A DNA stretch of 64,000 nucleotides from assembly GCF_003334765.1 (NCBI RefSeq), contig NZ_QOWT01000011.1; one strand, written 5' to 3'. This document shows positions 11,240-25,992 of the stretch, piece by piece. The position numbers and the translations under genes are program-made. The notes beneath the pieces were generated by a model that did no database searches, had not been told where the DNA came from, and worked only from the letters and a program-made list of their open reading frames with translations. Numbering within the stretch: the stretch's first letter is position 1; the number at the start of each line of letters is the position of its first letter. The DNA is from Escherichia coli (GTDB lineage: Bacteria; Pseudomonadota; Gammaproteobacteria; Enterobacterales; Enterobacteriaceae).

Positions 11240-12124
11240 TTACTTTGTAATGAGATCGGGGTCAACTTCGCTTAACCGGCTTCGTTTTGACAGGTTGCCG
11301 GTCTTTCTTTTTTTCACTTTCGCCAGTTCTTCCGCAGAGTAATGCGACGCGACATCCAGCCGTCGAAGCCCCATTTTGATGTACTCGCTGTTGATCTCAA
11401 TACCAATGAATTTTCGTCCGCTGGCGATGGCTACGGCACCGGTAGTAAAGCTACCAGCAAACGGGTCGAGAACGATATCGCCTGGGTTGGAAGAGGCGAG
11501 AATAATGCGTTTCAGTAAGGCTTCCGGTTTTTGCGTCGGGTGGTTTTCATATTCATCCATCAAATAACGCACGCGCGGAAAATCCCAAACGTTACCCGGT
11601 ACTTTTTGATGATTGTAAGGCTGTGGAGGATTTTTGCGATAATCGATCAACGCGCGCTGCGATCCGGTTTTGGCTTCTACCAGAATAGCATCACCGTTGA
11701 ATGTGTAGTTCTTTGCGTCTTTCACCATCATCAGGATGGGTTCGTACATGGAGCCGTAGTGTTTTTTCGCCTGCACTCCAGAACTGTCATATGACCAGAC
11801 GATGCGACTTTTGATGGTAAAAAGCTTGCGGCACTGGAGATCGATAAAGGGCATGTTTTCCGTACTGTTCATGATGTACATGCTGCCCTGCTTTTTCAGA
11901 ACGCGGTGGCACTCTGCAATCACTTCAAACAGCCAGTCGATAAACAGATCTTCTTTCCAGGCTTCGATCAGACCATCAAAATTTTTACCGATGTTATATG
12001 GTGGGTCGGCAAAGATCAGATCGACACTTTCGGCGGGGATCTTTTTAAGTTCGGCAAGCGCATCACCGTGAATAATGGTCTTAGCTTCATTACCAAACCG
12101 GGTCGGTTCACATCCTGTTCTCAT
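11240..12124 (-). CDS. yhdJ: DNA adenine (N6) methyltransferase, orphan
   Basis: ORF with DPPY motif (FADPPYNIG) and SAM-binding region; 294 aa from MRTGCEP. Confidence 0.9.
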   Translation of the reverse strand: MRTGCEPTRFGNEAKTIIHGDALAELKKIPAESVDLIFADPPYNIGKNFDGLIEAWKEDLFIDWLFEVIAECHRVLKKQGSMYIMNSTENMPFIDLQCRKLFTIKSRIVWSYDSSGVQAKKHYGSMYEPILMMVKDAKNYTFNGDAILVEAKTGSQRALIDYRKNPPQPYNHQKVPGNVWDFPRVRYLMDEYENHPTQKPEALLKRIILASSNPGDIVLDPFAGSFTTGAVAIASGRKFIGIEINSEYIKMGLRRLDVASHYSAEELAKVKKRKTGNLSKRSRLSEVDPDLITK

Positions 12125-12209
12125 GGTCACTCCCTTTGTGACACCTATAAAAAAGGCGCTTCCCCATGCCGAGTAGCGCCTTTTTAATCAAGCATTTAGC
12201 TAACCTGAA

Positions 12210-12506
12210 TTAGTTCATGCCGTATTTTTTCAATTTTTTACGCAGCGTACCACGGTTGATGCCCATCATCAGCGCAGCACGGGTCTGGTTACCACGGGTG
12301 TATTGCATCACCATGTCCAACAGGGGCTGTTCTACTTCAGCCAGTACCAGCTCATAGAGGTCATTCACATCCTGACCATTCAGTTGAGCAAAATAGTTCT
12401 TCAGTGCCTGTTTAACCGAGTCACGCAGGGGTTTTTGGGTTACCTGATCCTGAGAGTTAACGGTAGAAACGGTCAGTACGTCAGAATTTACGCGTTGTTC
12501 GAACAT
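12210..12506 (-). CDS. fis: Nucleoid-associated DNA-binding protein Fis
   Basis: 98 aa [42 protein letters not shown]...[13 protein letters not shown] matches Fis. Confidence 0.97.
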
Positions 12507-12531
12507 AGTTCTGTCAGCTCTTTATTTCTGT

Positions 12532-13497
12532 TTACGCAAAATTTTCGAAGTATGCCTCCAACGCCTCCAGCTGTTCGCTGGCATCCTCAATGGCGTTGAA
12601 TGTGCGCCGAAACTGGTCATTTGGAGCGTGTTCCTGGAGATACCAGGAAACGTGTTTACGTGCAATTCGGTACCCTTTTGCCGGACCATAAAAGTCATGC
12701 AGTTCCCGAACGTGCGCGCAAAGCAAGCGCTTAACCTCTGCCAAAGGCAGCGGGGGCAGCAACTCCCCAGTGTCCAGATAATGCTGGATTTCCCGAAAGA
12801 TCCAGGGTCTTCCCTGAGCTGCGCGGCCTATCATCAGGGCATCCGCCCCTGTATAGTCGAGCACAGCTCTGGCTTTAAGCGGGTCAGTAATGTCGCCATT
12901 CGCGATAACCGGAATGGAAACTTTCTGCTTAACTGCCCGAATACTGTCGTACTCAGCTTCTCCATTGAACAAACAGGCGCGTGTACGGCCATGAATGGTC
13001 AGAGCCTGAATGCCACAGTCTTCAGCCAGTTGGGCAATCTCTTCGCAGTTACGGTGTTCCGGTGCCCAGCCGGTGCGAATCTTCAGGGTAACAGGAACGT
13101 CCACTGCATTGACGACCTCGGTAAGGATCGATTTAACGACATCCGGGTACTGCAAGAGGGCTGAACCTGCGAGCTTGCGATTCACTTTTTTAGCCGGGCA
13201 ACCCATATTGATATCAATAATCTGGGCACCGCTTTCCACGTTAATACGTGCTGCATCTGCCATTTCTTTCGGATCGCTACCAGCAATTTGCACGGTGCGA
13301 ATACCGGGTTCATCAATGTGCACCATCCGTAAACGAGATTTGTCGCTTTCCCAAACCTGTGGGTTAGAAGACATCATCTCGGATACTGTCAATCCGGCTC
13401 CCATCTCGTAGCACAACGTCCGAAAAGGTCTGTCTGTAATGCCAGCCATGGGCGCTGCGATCAGGCGATTTCTGAGCTGATATTGTCCGATGCGCAT
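12532..13497 (-). CDS. dusB: tRNA-dihydrouridine synthase B
   Basis: 321 aa ORF immediately upstream of fis in the same operon; FMN-binding TIM-barrel motifs. Confidence 0.93.
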   Translation of the reverse strand: MRIGQYQLRNRLIAAPMAGITDRPFRTLCYEMGAGLTVSEMMSSNPQVWESDKSRLRMVHIDEPGIRTVQIAGSDPKEMADAARINVESGAQIIDINMGCPAKKVNRKLAGSALLQYPDVVKSILTEVVNAVDVPVTLKIRTGWAPEHRNCEEIAQLAEDCGIQALTIHGRTRACLFNGEAEYDSIRAVKQKVSIPVIANGDITDPLKARAVLDYTGADALMIGRAAQGRPWIFREIQHYLDTGELLPPLPLAEVKRLLCAHVRELHDFYGPAKGYRIARKHVSWYLQEHAPNDQFRRTFNAIEDASEQLEALEAYFENFA

Positions 13498-13825
13498 GAG
13501 TTAAGAAATGACCATACTGTGACTGCAAGGCGGCGTATATTACGCATTTTTTGCACGAGATGAAAGGCCAAACTTTGACCAATCCTCTGAGATGGATCAA
13601 AGAATTGCATTTAAAATGAGCGTGGTGCGATAATTACTCATAAAAATCATCATATTAGAAAATAGTGACTAAAATTTACACTCAAAGAAATTTGAGTAAG
13701 TTCTCAATTTTTCTTTATGAATGAAAATTTTGGCACGCAAATTTGCGTAAATAATCGGCAAATTTACGTGCCTTTTGTGAGCTTGCTCGCACTTCGCCCC
13801 GCGTCACCCTACGGCGATGCGAAGG

Positions 13826-14707
13826 TTAATTCTTACGACCGGTAATACGGCACCACTCTTCTTTTTCCACGACCGGGTCCAGTGCGAAGCTATCGGCATA
13901 AGCTTCACAAACGCTCTCTGCCTGGCTTGCCAGAATACCGGAAAGGCCCAGCAAACCGCCTGAAACCGGCAGGACGCTGATTAACGGTGCCAGTTCACGT
14001 AATGGGCCTGCAAGGATGTTAGCGACCACCACGTCGGCTTTCATTTCTTCTGGCTGATCTTTCGGTAAGTAGAGTTCCAGACGGTCAGAAACGCCATTAC
14101 GTTCGGCGTTATCGCGGCTGGCCTGAATCGCCTGCGGATCGATATCAATACCAATGGCTTTTGCTGCACCCAGTTTCAGCGCCGCGATCGCCAGAATGCC
14201 GGAACCACAGCCAAAGTCGATGACTGTTTTACCGGTTAAATCGAGGCTGTCGAGCCATTGCAGGCACAGAGAGGTGGTTGGATGGGTACCCGTACCAAAC
14301 GCCAGCCCTGGATCTAACATCACGTTGACGGCGTTTTCGTCCGGCACATCACGCCAGCTAGGGCAGATCCACAGTCGTTCACCAAAGCGCATCGGGTGGA
14401 AATTATCCATCCATTCGCGCTCCCAGTCTTTATCTTCTAGTTGTTCGATTTTATGCGCGAAGCCTGCGCCGAGCAGCGGATGGTTTTCCAGAATCGCCAC
14501 CACGTCGTTCATATCGGTTTCAGCGTCGAACAGACCAATCACATCGGTGTCGCCCCACAGGCGCGTTTCGCCCGGCAGCGGTTCAAATACTGGCGTATCG
14601 TGGGTATCCTGAAAAGTGATAGAAACGGCACCCGCTTCCATCAGCGCATCGCTAAGATCTTCCGCGTTCGCGCCGGTGGTGTTCAGTTTCAGTTGGATCC
14701 AAGGCAT
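13826..14707 (-). CDS. prmA: Ribosomal protein L11 methyltransferase
   Basis: 293 aa ORF with SAM-binding motif [13 protein letters not shown]. Confidence 0.93.
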
Positions 14708-14718
14708 GGCAAAACTCT

Positions 14719-16170
14719 TTATTTATCAGTAGTCAAAACGGTAGCTTGCGGGACGGATGTACCGAAACGGTTTCCGACCAGGAAAGCCAGCAAACTTAGT
14801 AGTAACGAGGGCACGATAGGGTGGAAGCCCAGGTACTGAATATTCAGCGTCGCGAGTACGGCATACAGCACGCCGCCAACGATCATCGCACTTAGCGCGC
14901 CTTTGGCGTTGGCGCGTTCCCAGTAAAGACCCAGCACCAGCGGCCACAGGAAAACGGCTTCCAGCCCACCGAAGGCCAACAAATTCAGCCAGATGATCAT
15001 TTCTGGCGGCTTCCAGGCGGCAAGCAGCAGCAACGCGCCGAGAACTAACGTAATTACCGCCGACATCCGCTTCAGACGCGTCTCGTTTTGCATTTGATCC
15101 GGACGGATATTCAGATAGAGATCTTTAATGATCGTAGCGGAACTTTGCAGCAGTTGGGCGTTAATTGTCGACATGATCGCAGCCATCGGTGCAGCCAGGA
15201 AGATCCCGGCAGCAAACGGTGGCAGCACTTTTACCATTAACGTTGGGATCACCAGGTCCGGTACGGTGAGATCGGGGATCACCGCCCGACCTAACGCTCC
15301 GGCCAGGTGCATACCGAACATCAGAATTGCGACCACAATCGTACCGATGATGATCCCCCGATGTACGGCTTTGCTGTCTTTATAAGAGATACAGCGCACC
15401 GCAGTATGCGGCAGGCCAATCACGCCAAAACACACCAGTACCCAGAACGACGTCATAAAGGCAGGCGACAGAATATCGTCAGCGCCTTGTGGCGTAACCA
15501 GTTGCGGATCGATGGTTTGCAAGGTCTGTACTGCGTTACTTAAGCCGCCAGCGGCATGTACTACGCCAATAAGCAGCACAACGGTGCCAATCAGCATCAC
15601 AAGCCCTTGCATGGTGTCGTTCAGCACGCTGGCGCGAAAGCCACCAAAGGCGGTATATAACGCAATGCTGATACCAAAAATCAGCAGCCCGGTTTCATAA
15701 GGAATACCCGCCGCGGTTTCCAGCAGGCGCGCACCGCCGATAAACTGCACGGTCATCGCACCAACGAACGCAACCAGCAAACTCAAACTCGCCAGCCACA
15801 CCAGAAGACGACTCTGGTAGCGGGCAAACAGCATATCGTTCAGCGTCACTGCATTGTAGCGGCGCGCAAGAATCGCAAACTTCTTGCCGAGAATACCGAG
15901 TGAAAGCCAGACTGCAGGAAGCTGAATCATCGCCAGCAATACCCAGCCCAGCCCGTATTTATAAGCAGCTCCTGGCCCGCCGATAAACGAACTGGCACTG
16001 ATATAGGTCGCGGTGAGCGTCATCGCCAGCACAATACCGCCCATAGAGCGGCTGCCGAGGAAATACTCATTAAGGAAGGTGCCGGTGCTCCGTTTACGCA
16101 TCGCATAAACCGAGATACCGAACACCACCACCAGATAGGCGACCAGCGGTAGAATTACTTCAAGCTGCAT
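14719..16170 (-). CDS. panF: Sodium/pantothenate symporter
   Basis: Polytopic SSS-family ORF; start placed at [13 protein letters not shown] (483 aa). Confidence 0.92.
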
Positions 16171-16402
16171 CGTCATCCTCCAGTGGGATATCGCGATAGA
16201 TAAATTTCACCATCGCCCAGCACAGTCCAATAAACAGCAGCGGCGTCAGGATGCAGGCCATCTCAAACCAGCGCGGAAAGCCGGTAAAACCGGGGGCAAC
16301 GCCAGATAAGTAAGCGGCTACTAACCAAACTGCCAGATACAAAAGGGTCAGCCCCAGCGCCCAGCGCGCCTCTTTATGGGCCTGAACAAAACGAGTGTCC
16401 AT
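16160..16402 (-). CDS. yhdT: Small inner-membrane protein, DUF997, co-transcribed with panF
   Basis: 80 aa ORF with two TM helices, overlapping the panF start by 11 nt. Confidence 0.8.
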   Translation of the reverse strand: MDTRFVQAHKEARWALGLTLLYLAVWLVAAYLSGVAPGFTGFPRWFEMACILTPLLFIGLCWAMVKFIYRDIPLEDDDAA

Positions 16403-16465
16403 TTTTTGTCCCTGATGGGTGAAGAAAGCGGGGATTGTACCTTATGGGGGTTGTCGATCCCCAGT

Positions 16466-16495
16466 AATAAAAAAGGCCGGAAAATCCGGCCTTTT
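16466..16495 (-). terminator. Rho-independent terminator downstream of accC
   Basis: Minus-strand hairpin aaaaggccggattttccggcc followed by TTTTTT. Confidence 0.65.
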
Positions 16496-16510
16496 GACGC
16501 TTTAGCAGTC

Positions 16511-17860
16511 TTATTTTTCCTGAAGACCGAGTTTTTTCTCCAGATAGTGGATGTTAGTGCCACCATGCTGGAAGTTCTCGTCATTCATGATGCGGATCTG
16601 CAGATCAACGTTGGTTTTGATACCGTCGATGATCAGCTCCTGCAGCGCATTCTTCATGCGGGCAATCGCCACGTCACGGTTTTCACCGTAGCAAATCAGC
16701 TTACCGATCATTGAGTCATAGTACGGCGGTACGGTGTAGCCCGCGTAGATATGAGACTCCCAACGTACGCCAAAACCGCCAGGTGCGTGGAAACGGGTGA
16801 TTTTGCCCGGACTTGGCAGGAAGGTGTTCGGATCTTCGGCGTTGATACGACATTCCACCGCATGGCCGCGAACGTGAACTTCTTCTTGCTTGATCGACAG
16901 CGGTTGACCGGCAGCGATACGCAGCTGTTCTTTGATCAGGTCAACGCCGGTGATCATTTCTGTAACCGGGTGTTCTACCTGAATACGGGTGTTCATTTCG
17001 ATGAAATAGAACTCGCCGTTTTCGAACAGGAACTCGAAAGTACCTGCACCGCGATAGCCGATATCAACACACGCTTTAGCGCAACGTTCGCCGATGTAGC
17101 GACGCAGTTCCGGGGTAATGCCCGGTGCTGGCGCTTCTTCGACCACTTTCTGGTGGCGGCGTTGCATGGAGCAGTCACGTTCCGCCAGATAGATAGCGTT
17201 GCCCTGACCGTCAGCCAGTACCTGAATCTCGACGTGGCGAGGATTTTCCAGGTATTTCTCCATGTAAACCATATCGTTGCTGAAAGCAGCTTTCGCTTCC
17301 GCACGGGTCATGGAGATGGATTGTGCCAGTTCAGCGTCGCCGCGCACTACGCGCATACCGCGACCGCCGCCGCCGCCGGAGGCTTTGATAATCACCGGAT
17401 AACCAATGCGTTTAGCAATGGCACGGTTTTTATCCATATCGTCGCCCAGCGGGCCGTCAGAACCCGGTACGCAAGGGACGCCCGCTTTTTTCATCGCCGC
17501 GATTGCGGATACTTTGTCGCCCATCAGGCGAATGGTTTCTGCTTTCGGGCCAATGAAGATAAAGCCGGAGCGTTCAACCTGCTCGGCAAAGTTGGCGTTC
17601 TCGGAGAGGAAGCCGTAACCCGGATGGATTGCTACTGCGCCGGTGATTTCAGCGGCGCTGATGATTGCCGGGATGTTCAGATAACTTTTTACTGACGGAG
17701 CAGGGCCAATACAGACCGTTTCATCTGCCAGTAATACGTGTTTTAGATCGCGATCCGCGCTGGAGTGCACAGCGACAGTCTTGATGCCCAGTTCTTTACA
17801 GGCACGAAGAATACGCAATGCAATCTCGCCGCGGTTGGCAATAACAATTTTATCCAGCAT
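16511..17860 (-). CDS. accC: Biotin carboxylase subunit of acetyl-CoA carboxylase
   Basis: ATP-grasp ORF; start placed at [31 protein letters not shown] (449 aa). Confidence 0.96.
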
Positions 17861-17870
17861 GTTCGCCTCG

Positions 17871-18341
17871 TTACTCGATGACGACCAGCGGCTCGTCAAA
17901 TTCTACCGGTTGTCCACTTTCGACCAGAATTGCTTTCACGGTACCGGATTTGTCCGCTTCGATCTGGTTCATCATTTTCATGGCTTCAACGATGCACAGG
18001 GTATCGCCCACGTTGACTTTCTGACCCACTTCGATGAACGCTTTTGCGTCCGGGCTTGGGGTGCGGTAGAAAGTACCAACCATCGGGGAACGTACGATGT
18101 GACCACTGATTTCCGCTGCTGCTGGCGCTTCCATGGAAGGAACGGTCGCCGGAGCGGCTGCGTTAGATTGAGCTGGCTGCTGCATCATTGGTGCAGCGTA
18201 AGCTTGTTGCATCACAGGGAAACTTGCGGCAGGAGCTGCACGGCTAATGCGTACTGACTCTTCGCCTTCAGAAATTTCCAGTTCGGAGATGCCTGATTCT
18301 TCAACCAGCTCGATCAGTTTTTTAATCTTACGAATATCCAT
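17871..18341 (-). CDS. accB: Biotin carboxyl carrier protein (BCCP)
   Basis: 156 aa ORF with biotinylation motif [10 protein letters not shown] and Pro/Ala-rich linker. Confidence 0.96.
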
Positions 18342-19318
18342 GAGTGGGTTCCGTACTCTTTGTTTAGTGTGATTGTGACAGGCGTTTCACCGCCGTCTGT
18401 AAAGCGTATGCCCCGACAGCTGTATGCATAGCGATAAATTCCAGCAGGCCGGGACGCCGGTCTATTTTGCCCCAGAGTGTCAATGTTAGACTTGACGGAC
18501 ATTGTGCAGCGATCTGCTGCTATCCTCCGGCAAAAAACAAAATATACCTTCGTTGCGCCAATGTCACCTTTTCCGCAGCGCAAAAACTGCGTCAGGGAGG
18601 ACGAGGTCGCACATTATAACGATTTCGTAGCAATTGGCAGCTAAATACTGGTCTTATCAGGGAAGATAATCAACAGCTAACATGTAAATAACCTTCAACA
18701 CCGTGTAATTTGCAACAAGCCGCACAATTCACGAAATTAGCGCCATCATCGACGGAACTTCTTATAACGTAAGGTGAAAAGCTGAAAAGCCAGCCCTGCG
18801 AAGATGAGGGGCTGCAATGAGATAATCTTCACAGACCACAAATAATGTAGGGATGCCAGGATCGCGACAAGATAGACGACATTACGCAGCGGTTGCTGGG
18901 GATTACCCAATTTTCACTGCATCGTCTGGATAGATGTGAATGCTAAAGCACGCAAAATTAACCGATTGACAATGCTCAGCATTAAATAGGTTCGAGTGAT
19001 TAATTTGTAGTCAAACAAAATCAGATTATTCACCCCATGGTACCAGAAATAAGTAAGGGGCTAAGCGTAGCGTCGCCCAGGCAAAGCACCATAAACCTAA
19101 CAGGCGACGGAGGCGTATCAATAATAGCTGTTTAGTGGAGTATCAATGCGCATCAATTTGTGGTCAGTCGAAATCATGACTTTCCAGTTTGGATGATGTT
19201 GTATAACTTCCTGACCAAGGTGTTCGACGAAAGCTGTCCGGCTAACCGCTTTTCCCGTTAACCGATTGAATAATGATTTCAAAATGAGTTCCCTCTCTTA
19301 TTATTCCCTGCTAAATGG

Positions 19319-20293
19319 TTAGTTAACCTTCACCAGCGTGCGACCCTGGATCTGGTTATTAATGATGGCCTCGGCAAAGTTCGGTGCCTCTGACAGAGAT
19401 ATCTCTTTTGCCGCCTGGGTATAGAATGATTCCGGTAAATCGGCGACCAGTCGCTGCCAGGCTTGTGCGCGGCGTTCTGGTGGCGTCATTACTGAATCCA
19501 CCCCTTGCAAACGGACATTACGCAGAATAAATGGCATGACCGTGGTTGGCAGAGTAAAACCACCCGCCAGACCACAGGCCGCCACGCAGCCGCCGTAATT
19601 CATTTGCGCCAGCACTTTTGCCAGCACTTTGTCGCCAACGGTGTCAATTGCCCCAGCCCAGACTTGTTTTTCCAGAGGACGGGATTCGGCAAACTCATCA
19701 CGAGGGAGAACACGGCTAGCACCTAAACTTTTCAGATATTCATGGGTACTTTCGCGACCGGAAACGGCAACGACCTGATAACCCAACTTATGCAGCAGCG
19801 CCACGGCGGTACTGCCGACGCCACCACTGGCACCCGTCACGACAATCTCCCCGTCCTGCGGGCGAACACCGGCATCTTCCAGCGCCATCACACACAGCAT
19901 GGCGGTAAAACCGGCAGTACCGATAATCATTGCTTTACGCGCGTCCAGCCCTTGCGGCATGGCAACCAGCCAGTCACCTTTCACTCGCGCCTGCTCCGCC
20001 AGCCCACCCCAGTGGTTTTCACCAACGCCCCAGCCAGTGAGTAACACCTCCTGACCGGCATGAAAACGCGGATCTTCGCTGGTGCGTACAGTTCCGGCAA
20101 AATCGATCCCAGGAATCATCGGAAAATTACGGATGATTTTTCCCTTACCGGTAATCGCCAGCGCATCTTTATAGTTCAGGCTCGACCAGTGAACATCGAC
20201 CGTGACATCGCCCTCCGGCAGGCGACTTTCGTCCAGAGTCTGTACTGATGCGAGAGTTTTGCCGTCCTGCTGTTCTAAAAGTAACGCCTGCAT
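19319..20293 (-). CDS. acuI: NADPH-dependent acrylyl-CoA reductase / quinone oxidoreductase-like (MDR family)
   Basis: 324 aa ORF with Rossmann motif VTGASGGVGS; medium-chain dehydrogenase family. Confidence 0.88.
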   Translation of the reverse strand: MQALLLEQQDGKTLASVQTLDESRLPEGDVTVDVHWSSLNYKDALAITGKGKIIRNFPMIPGIDFAGTVRTSEDPRFHAGQEVLLTGWGVGENHWGGLAEQARVKGDWLVAMPQGLDARKAMIIGTAGFTAMLCVMALEDAGVRPQDGEIVVTGASGGVGSTAVALLHKLGYQVVAVSGRESTHEYLKSLGASRVLPRDEFAESRPLEKQVWAGAIDTVGDKVLAKVLAQMNYGGCVAACGLAGGFTLPTTVMPFILRNVRLQGVDSVMTPPERRAQAWQRLVADLPESFYTQAAKEISLSEAPNFAEAIINNQIQGRTLVKVN

Positions 20294-20444
20294 AAGTGGT
20301 CCTCATGTGCATGATGGATTGGAAAATAATTTCTGAAGACTATACTCGCTAATGGAAAAGCAAAGCCGATGAAGCGCAATAAATTGCGAGATAAATCTGA
20401 TTTGCTAGTATGCCCGCTTCCTCACTATCGGAGTTAACACAAGG

Positions 20445-22385
20445 ATGAGATTAACGACGAAATTTTCGGCCTTTGTTACGCTGCTCACCGGGTTAACAAT
20501 TTTTGTGACTTTGCTGGGCTGTTCGCTAAGTTTCTACAACGCCATTCAGTATAAGTTTAGTCATCGCGTTCAGGCGGTGGCGACGGCGATTGATACCCAC
20601 CTTGTGTCGAATGACTTCAGCGTATTAAGGCCACAAATTACCGAATTAATGATGTCGGCAGATATCGTTCGTGTAGACCTGCTCCATGGTGATAAACAGG
20701 TTTATACCCTGGCCAGAAATGGTAGTTATCGTCCAGTTGGCTCCAGCGATCTGTTTCGCGAACTGAGCGTTCCGTTGATAAAGCATCCGGGGATGTCGTT
20801 GCGTCTGGTTTATCAGGATCCGATGGGCAACTATTTCCATTCGTTGATGACCACCGCGCCGCTCACGGGGGCGATTGGCTTTATCATTGTTATGCTCTTC
20901 CTGGCGGTACGCTGGTTACAACGGCAACTTGCCGGGCAAGAATTGCTGGAAACCCGGGCTACTCGTATCTTAAACGGTGAGCGTGGCTCTAATGTGTTGG
21001 GAACCATCTATGAATGGCCGCCCAGAACCAGCAGTGCGCTGGATACGCTGCTTCGTGAAATTCAGAACGCACGCGAACAACACAGCCGTCTTGATACGCT
21101 GATCCGCTCTTATGCCGCCCAGGACGTGAAAACCGGCCTCAATAACCGACTCTTTTTCGATAATCAGTTAGCAACGTTACTGGAAGATCAGGAGAAAGTA
21201 GGTACCCACGGGATCGTGATGATGATTCGTCTGCCGGATTTCAATATGTTGAGCGATACCTGGGGGCACAGCCAGGTTGAAGAACAGTTCTTCACTCTGA
21301 CGAATCTGCTGTCGACATTTATGATGCGCTACCCTGGCGCACTGCTGGCGCGTTACCACCGCAGTGATTTTGCTGCGCTGTTACCGCACCGGACGTTAAA
21401 AGAGGCAGAGAGCATCGCCGGTCAGTTAATCAAAGCCGTTGATACCTTGCCGAACAATAAAATGCTCGATCGCGACGATATGATCCACATTGGTATCTGC
21501 GCCTGGCGTAGTGGTCAGGATACCGAGCAGGTAATGGAACATGCAGAGTCTGCCACGCGTAATGCGGGATTGCAGGGCGGCAATAGCTGGGCTATTTACG
21601 ATGACTCGTTGCCTGAAAAAGGACGCGGTAATGTTCGCTGGCGTACGCTTATCGAGCAAATGCTCAGTCGCGGCGGCCCGCGCCTTTATCAAAAACCGGC
21701 GGTTACTCGCGAAGGTCAGGTTCATCATCGCGAACTCATGTGCCGCATCTTCGATGGTAATGAAGAGGTTAGCTCGGCGGAGTATATGCCGATGGTCTTG
21801 CAGTTTGGCTTATCGGAAGAGTATGACCGTCTGCAAATCAGCCGTCTTATTCCACTATTGCGTTACTGGCCAGAGGAAAATCTGGCGATTCAGGTTACCG
21901 TTGAGTCGCTGATTCGCCCGCGTTTTCAGCGTTGGCTGCGCGATACGTTAATGCAATGTGAAAAATCACAACGAAAACGCATAATTATTGAACTTGCAGA
22001 GGCCGATGTAGGTCAACATATCAGTCGTTTACAACCTGTTATTCGTTTAGTGAATGCTTTAGGGGTACGGGTAGCCGTCAACCAGGCTGGTTTGACGCTG
22101 GTAAGTACCAGTTGGATCAAAGAACTTAATGTTGAGTTACTCAAGCTCCATCCGGGGCTGGTCAGAAACATTGAGAAGCGAACGGAGAACCAGCTGCTGG
22201 TTCAAAGCCTGGTGGAAGCCTGCTCCGGGACCAGCACCCAGGTTTACGCCACCGGCGTGCGTTCGCGAAGCGAGTGGCAGACCCTGATTCAGCGCGGTGT
22301 TACAGGCGGGCAAGGGGATTTTTTCGCGTCCTCACAGCCACTTGATACTAACGTGAAAAAATATTCACAAAGATACTCGGTTTAA
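20445..22385 (+). CDS. csrD: GGDEF-EAL domain RNase E specificity factor (degenerate GGDEF/EAL)
   Basis: 646 aa ORF with N-terminal TM segments followed by GGDEF-like and EAL-like domains. Confidence 0.9.
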   Translation: MRLTTKFSAFVTLLTGLTIFVTLLGCSLSFYNAIQYKFSHRVQAVATAIDTHLVSNDFSVLRPQITELMMSADIVRVDLLHGDKQVYTLARNGSYRPVGSSDLFRELSVPLIKHPGMSLRLVYQDPMGNYFHSLMTTAPLTGAIGFIIVMLFLAVRWLQRQLAGQELLETRATRILNGERGSNVLGTIYEWPPRTSSALDTLLREIQNAREQHSRLDTLIRSYAAQDVKTGLNNRLFFDNQLATLLEDQEKVGTHGIVMMIRLPDFNMLSDTWGHSQVEEQFFTLTNLLSTFMMRYPGALLARYHRSDFAALLPHRTLKEAESIAGQLIKAVDTLPNNKMLDRDDMIHIGICAWRSGQDTEQVMEHAESATRNAGLQGGNSWAIYDDSLPEKGRGNVRWRTLIEQMLSRGGPRLYQKPAVTREGQVHHRELMCRIFDGNEEVSSAEYMPMVLQFGLSEEYDRLQISRLIPLLRYWPEENLAIQVTVESLIRPRFQRWLRDTLMQCEKSQRKRIIIELAEADVGQHISRLQPVIRLVNALGVRVAVNQAGLTLVSTSWIKELNVELLKLHPGLVRNIEKRTENQLLVQSLVEACSGTSTQVYATGVRSRSEWQTLIQRGVTGGQGDFFASSQPLDTNVKKYSQRYSV

Positions 22386-22563
22386 CCTGCCGTTTAATCC
22401 GTTTTCACGTAGAATAACGCGCGCTGCGTCTCATGGGAGTGTGCTTGTCTGCTCGCCAGATTGTTGCAGCACATATGCAGATGAATGACCTTACGCGGTT
22501 GCAAACAGGCGAGGAATGCTGCTGATGCATTAAGCCTTTCTGGACTCAGGCAGAGATTTGTAA

Positions 22564-23733
<1,170 letters not shown>

Positions 23734-23798
23734 TCGGATGCAGGCAGGGGAAGTGTCTGTTTACCCTGCCTGGTCTGATACGAGAATACGCATAACTT

Positions 23799-25390
<1,592 letters not shown>

Positions 25391-25398
25391 AGGTTTCT

Positions 25399-25992
25399 AT
25401 GACTTCTCTGTATTTAGCTTCCGGTTCTCCGCGTCGTCAGGAGTTACTTGCGCAACTTGGCGTGACCTTTGAACGTATTGTTACGGGCATTGAGGAGCAG
25501 CGTCAGCCGCAGGAGAGCGCGCAGCAGTATGTTGTGCGTCTGGCGCGCGAGAAAGCACGGGCAGGTGTCGCGCAAACGGCGAAGGATCTCCCGGTGCTGG
25601 GTGCGGATACTATCGTTATCCTGAACGGAGAAGTGCTGGAGAAACCGCGCGACGCAGAGCATGCGGCGCAGATGTTGCGCAAATTATCGGGTCAGACCCA
25701 TCAGGTGATGACAGCAGTGGCGTTGGCCGACAGCCAGCACATTCTCGATTGCCTGGTGGTCACCGATGTGACTTTCAGAACGTTAACAGACGAAGACATC
25801 GCGGGCTATGTCGCCAGCGATGAACCGTTAGATAAAGCAGGTGCATACGGTATTCAGGGGCTGGGTGGCTGTTTTGTCAGGAAGATAAATGGCAGCTATC
25901 ACGCCGTAGTCGGCTTACCGCTGGTTGAAACGTATGAATTATTAAGTAATTTTAACGCACTGCGTGAGAAAAGGGATAAACATGACGGCTGA
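25399..25992 (+). CDS. yhdE: Maf-like nucleoside triphosphate pyrophosphatase
   Basis: Start placed at [17 protein letters not shown] (197 aa); Maf family. Confidence 0.9.
   Translation: MTSLYLASGSPRRQELLAQLGVTFERIVTGIEEQRQPQESAQQYVVRLAREKARAGVAQTAKDLPVLGADTIVILNGEVLEKPRDAEHAAQMLRKLSGQTHQVMTAVALADSQHILDCLVVTDVTFRTLTDEDIAGYVASDEPLDKAGAYGIQGLGGCFVRKINGSYHAVVGLPLVETYELLSNFNALREKRDKHDG

Noticed and set aside
16751-17695. 314-aa ORF on the plus strand
   Set aside because: Lies entirely antisense within accC, whose identity is unambiguous; a shadow ORF from GC-rich codon structure.
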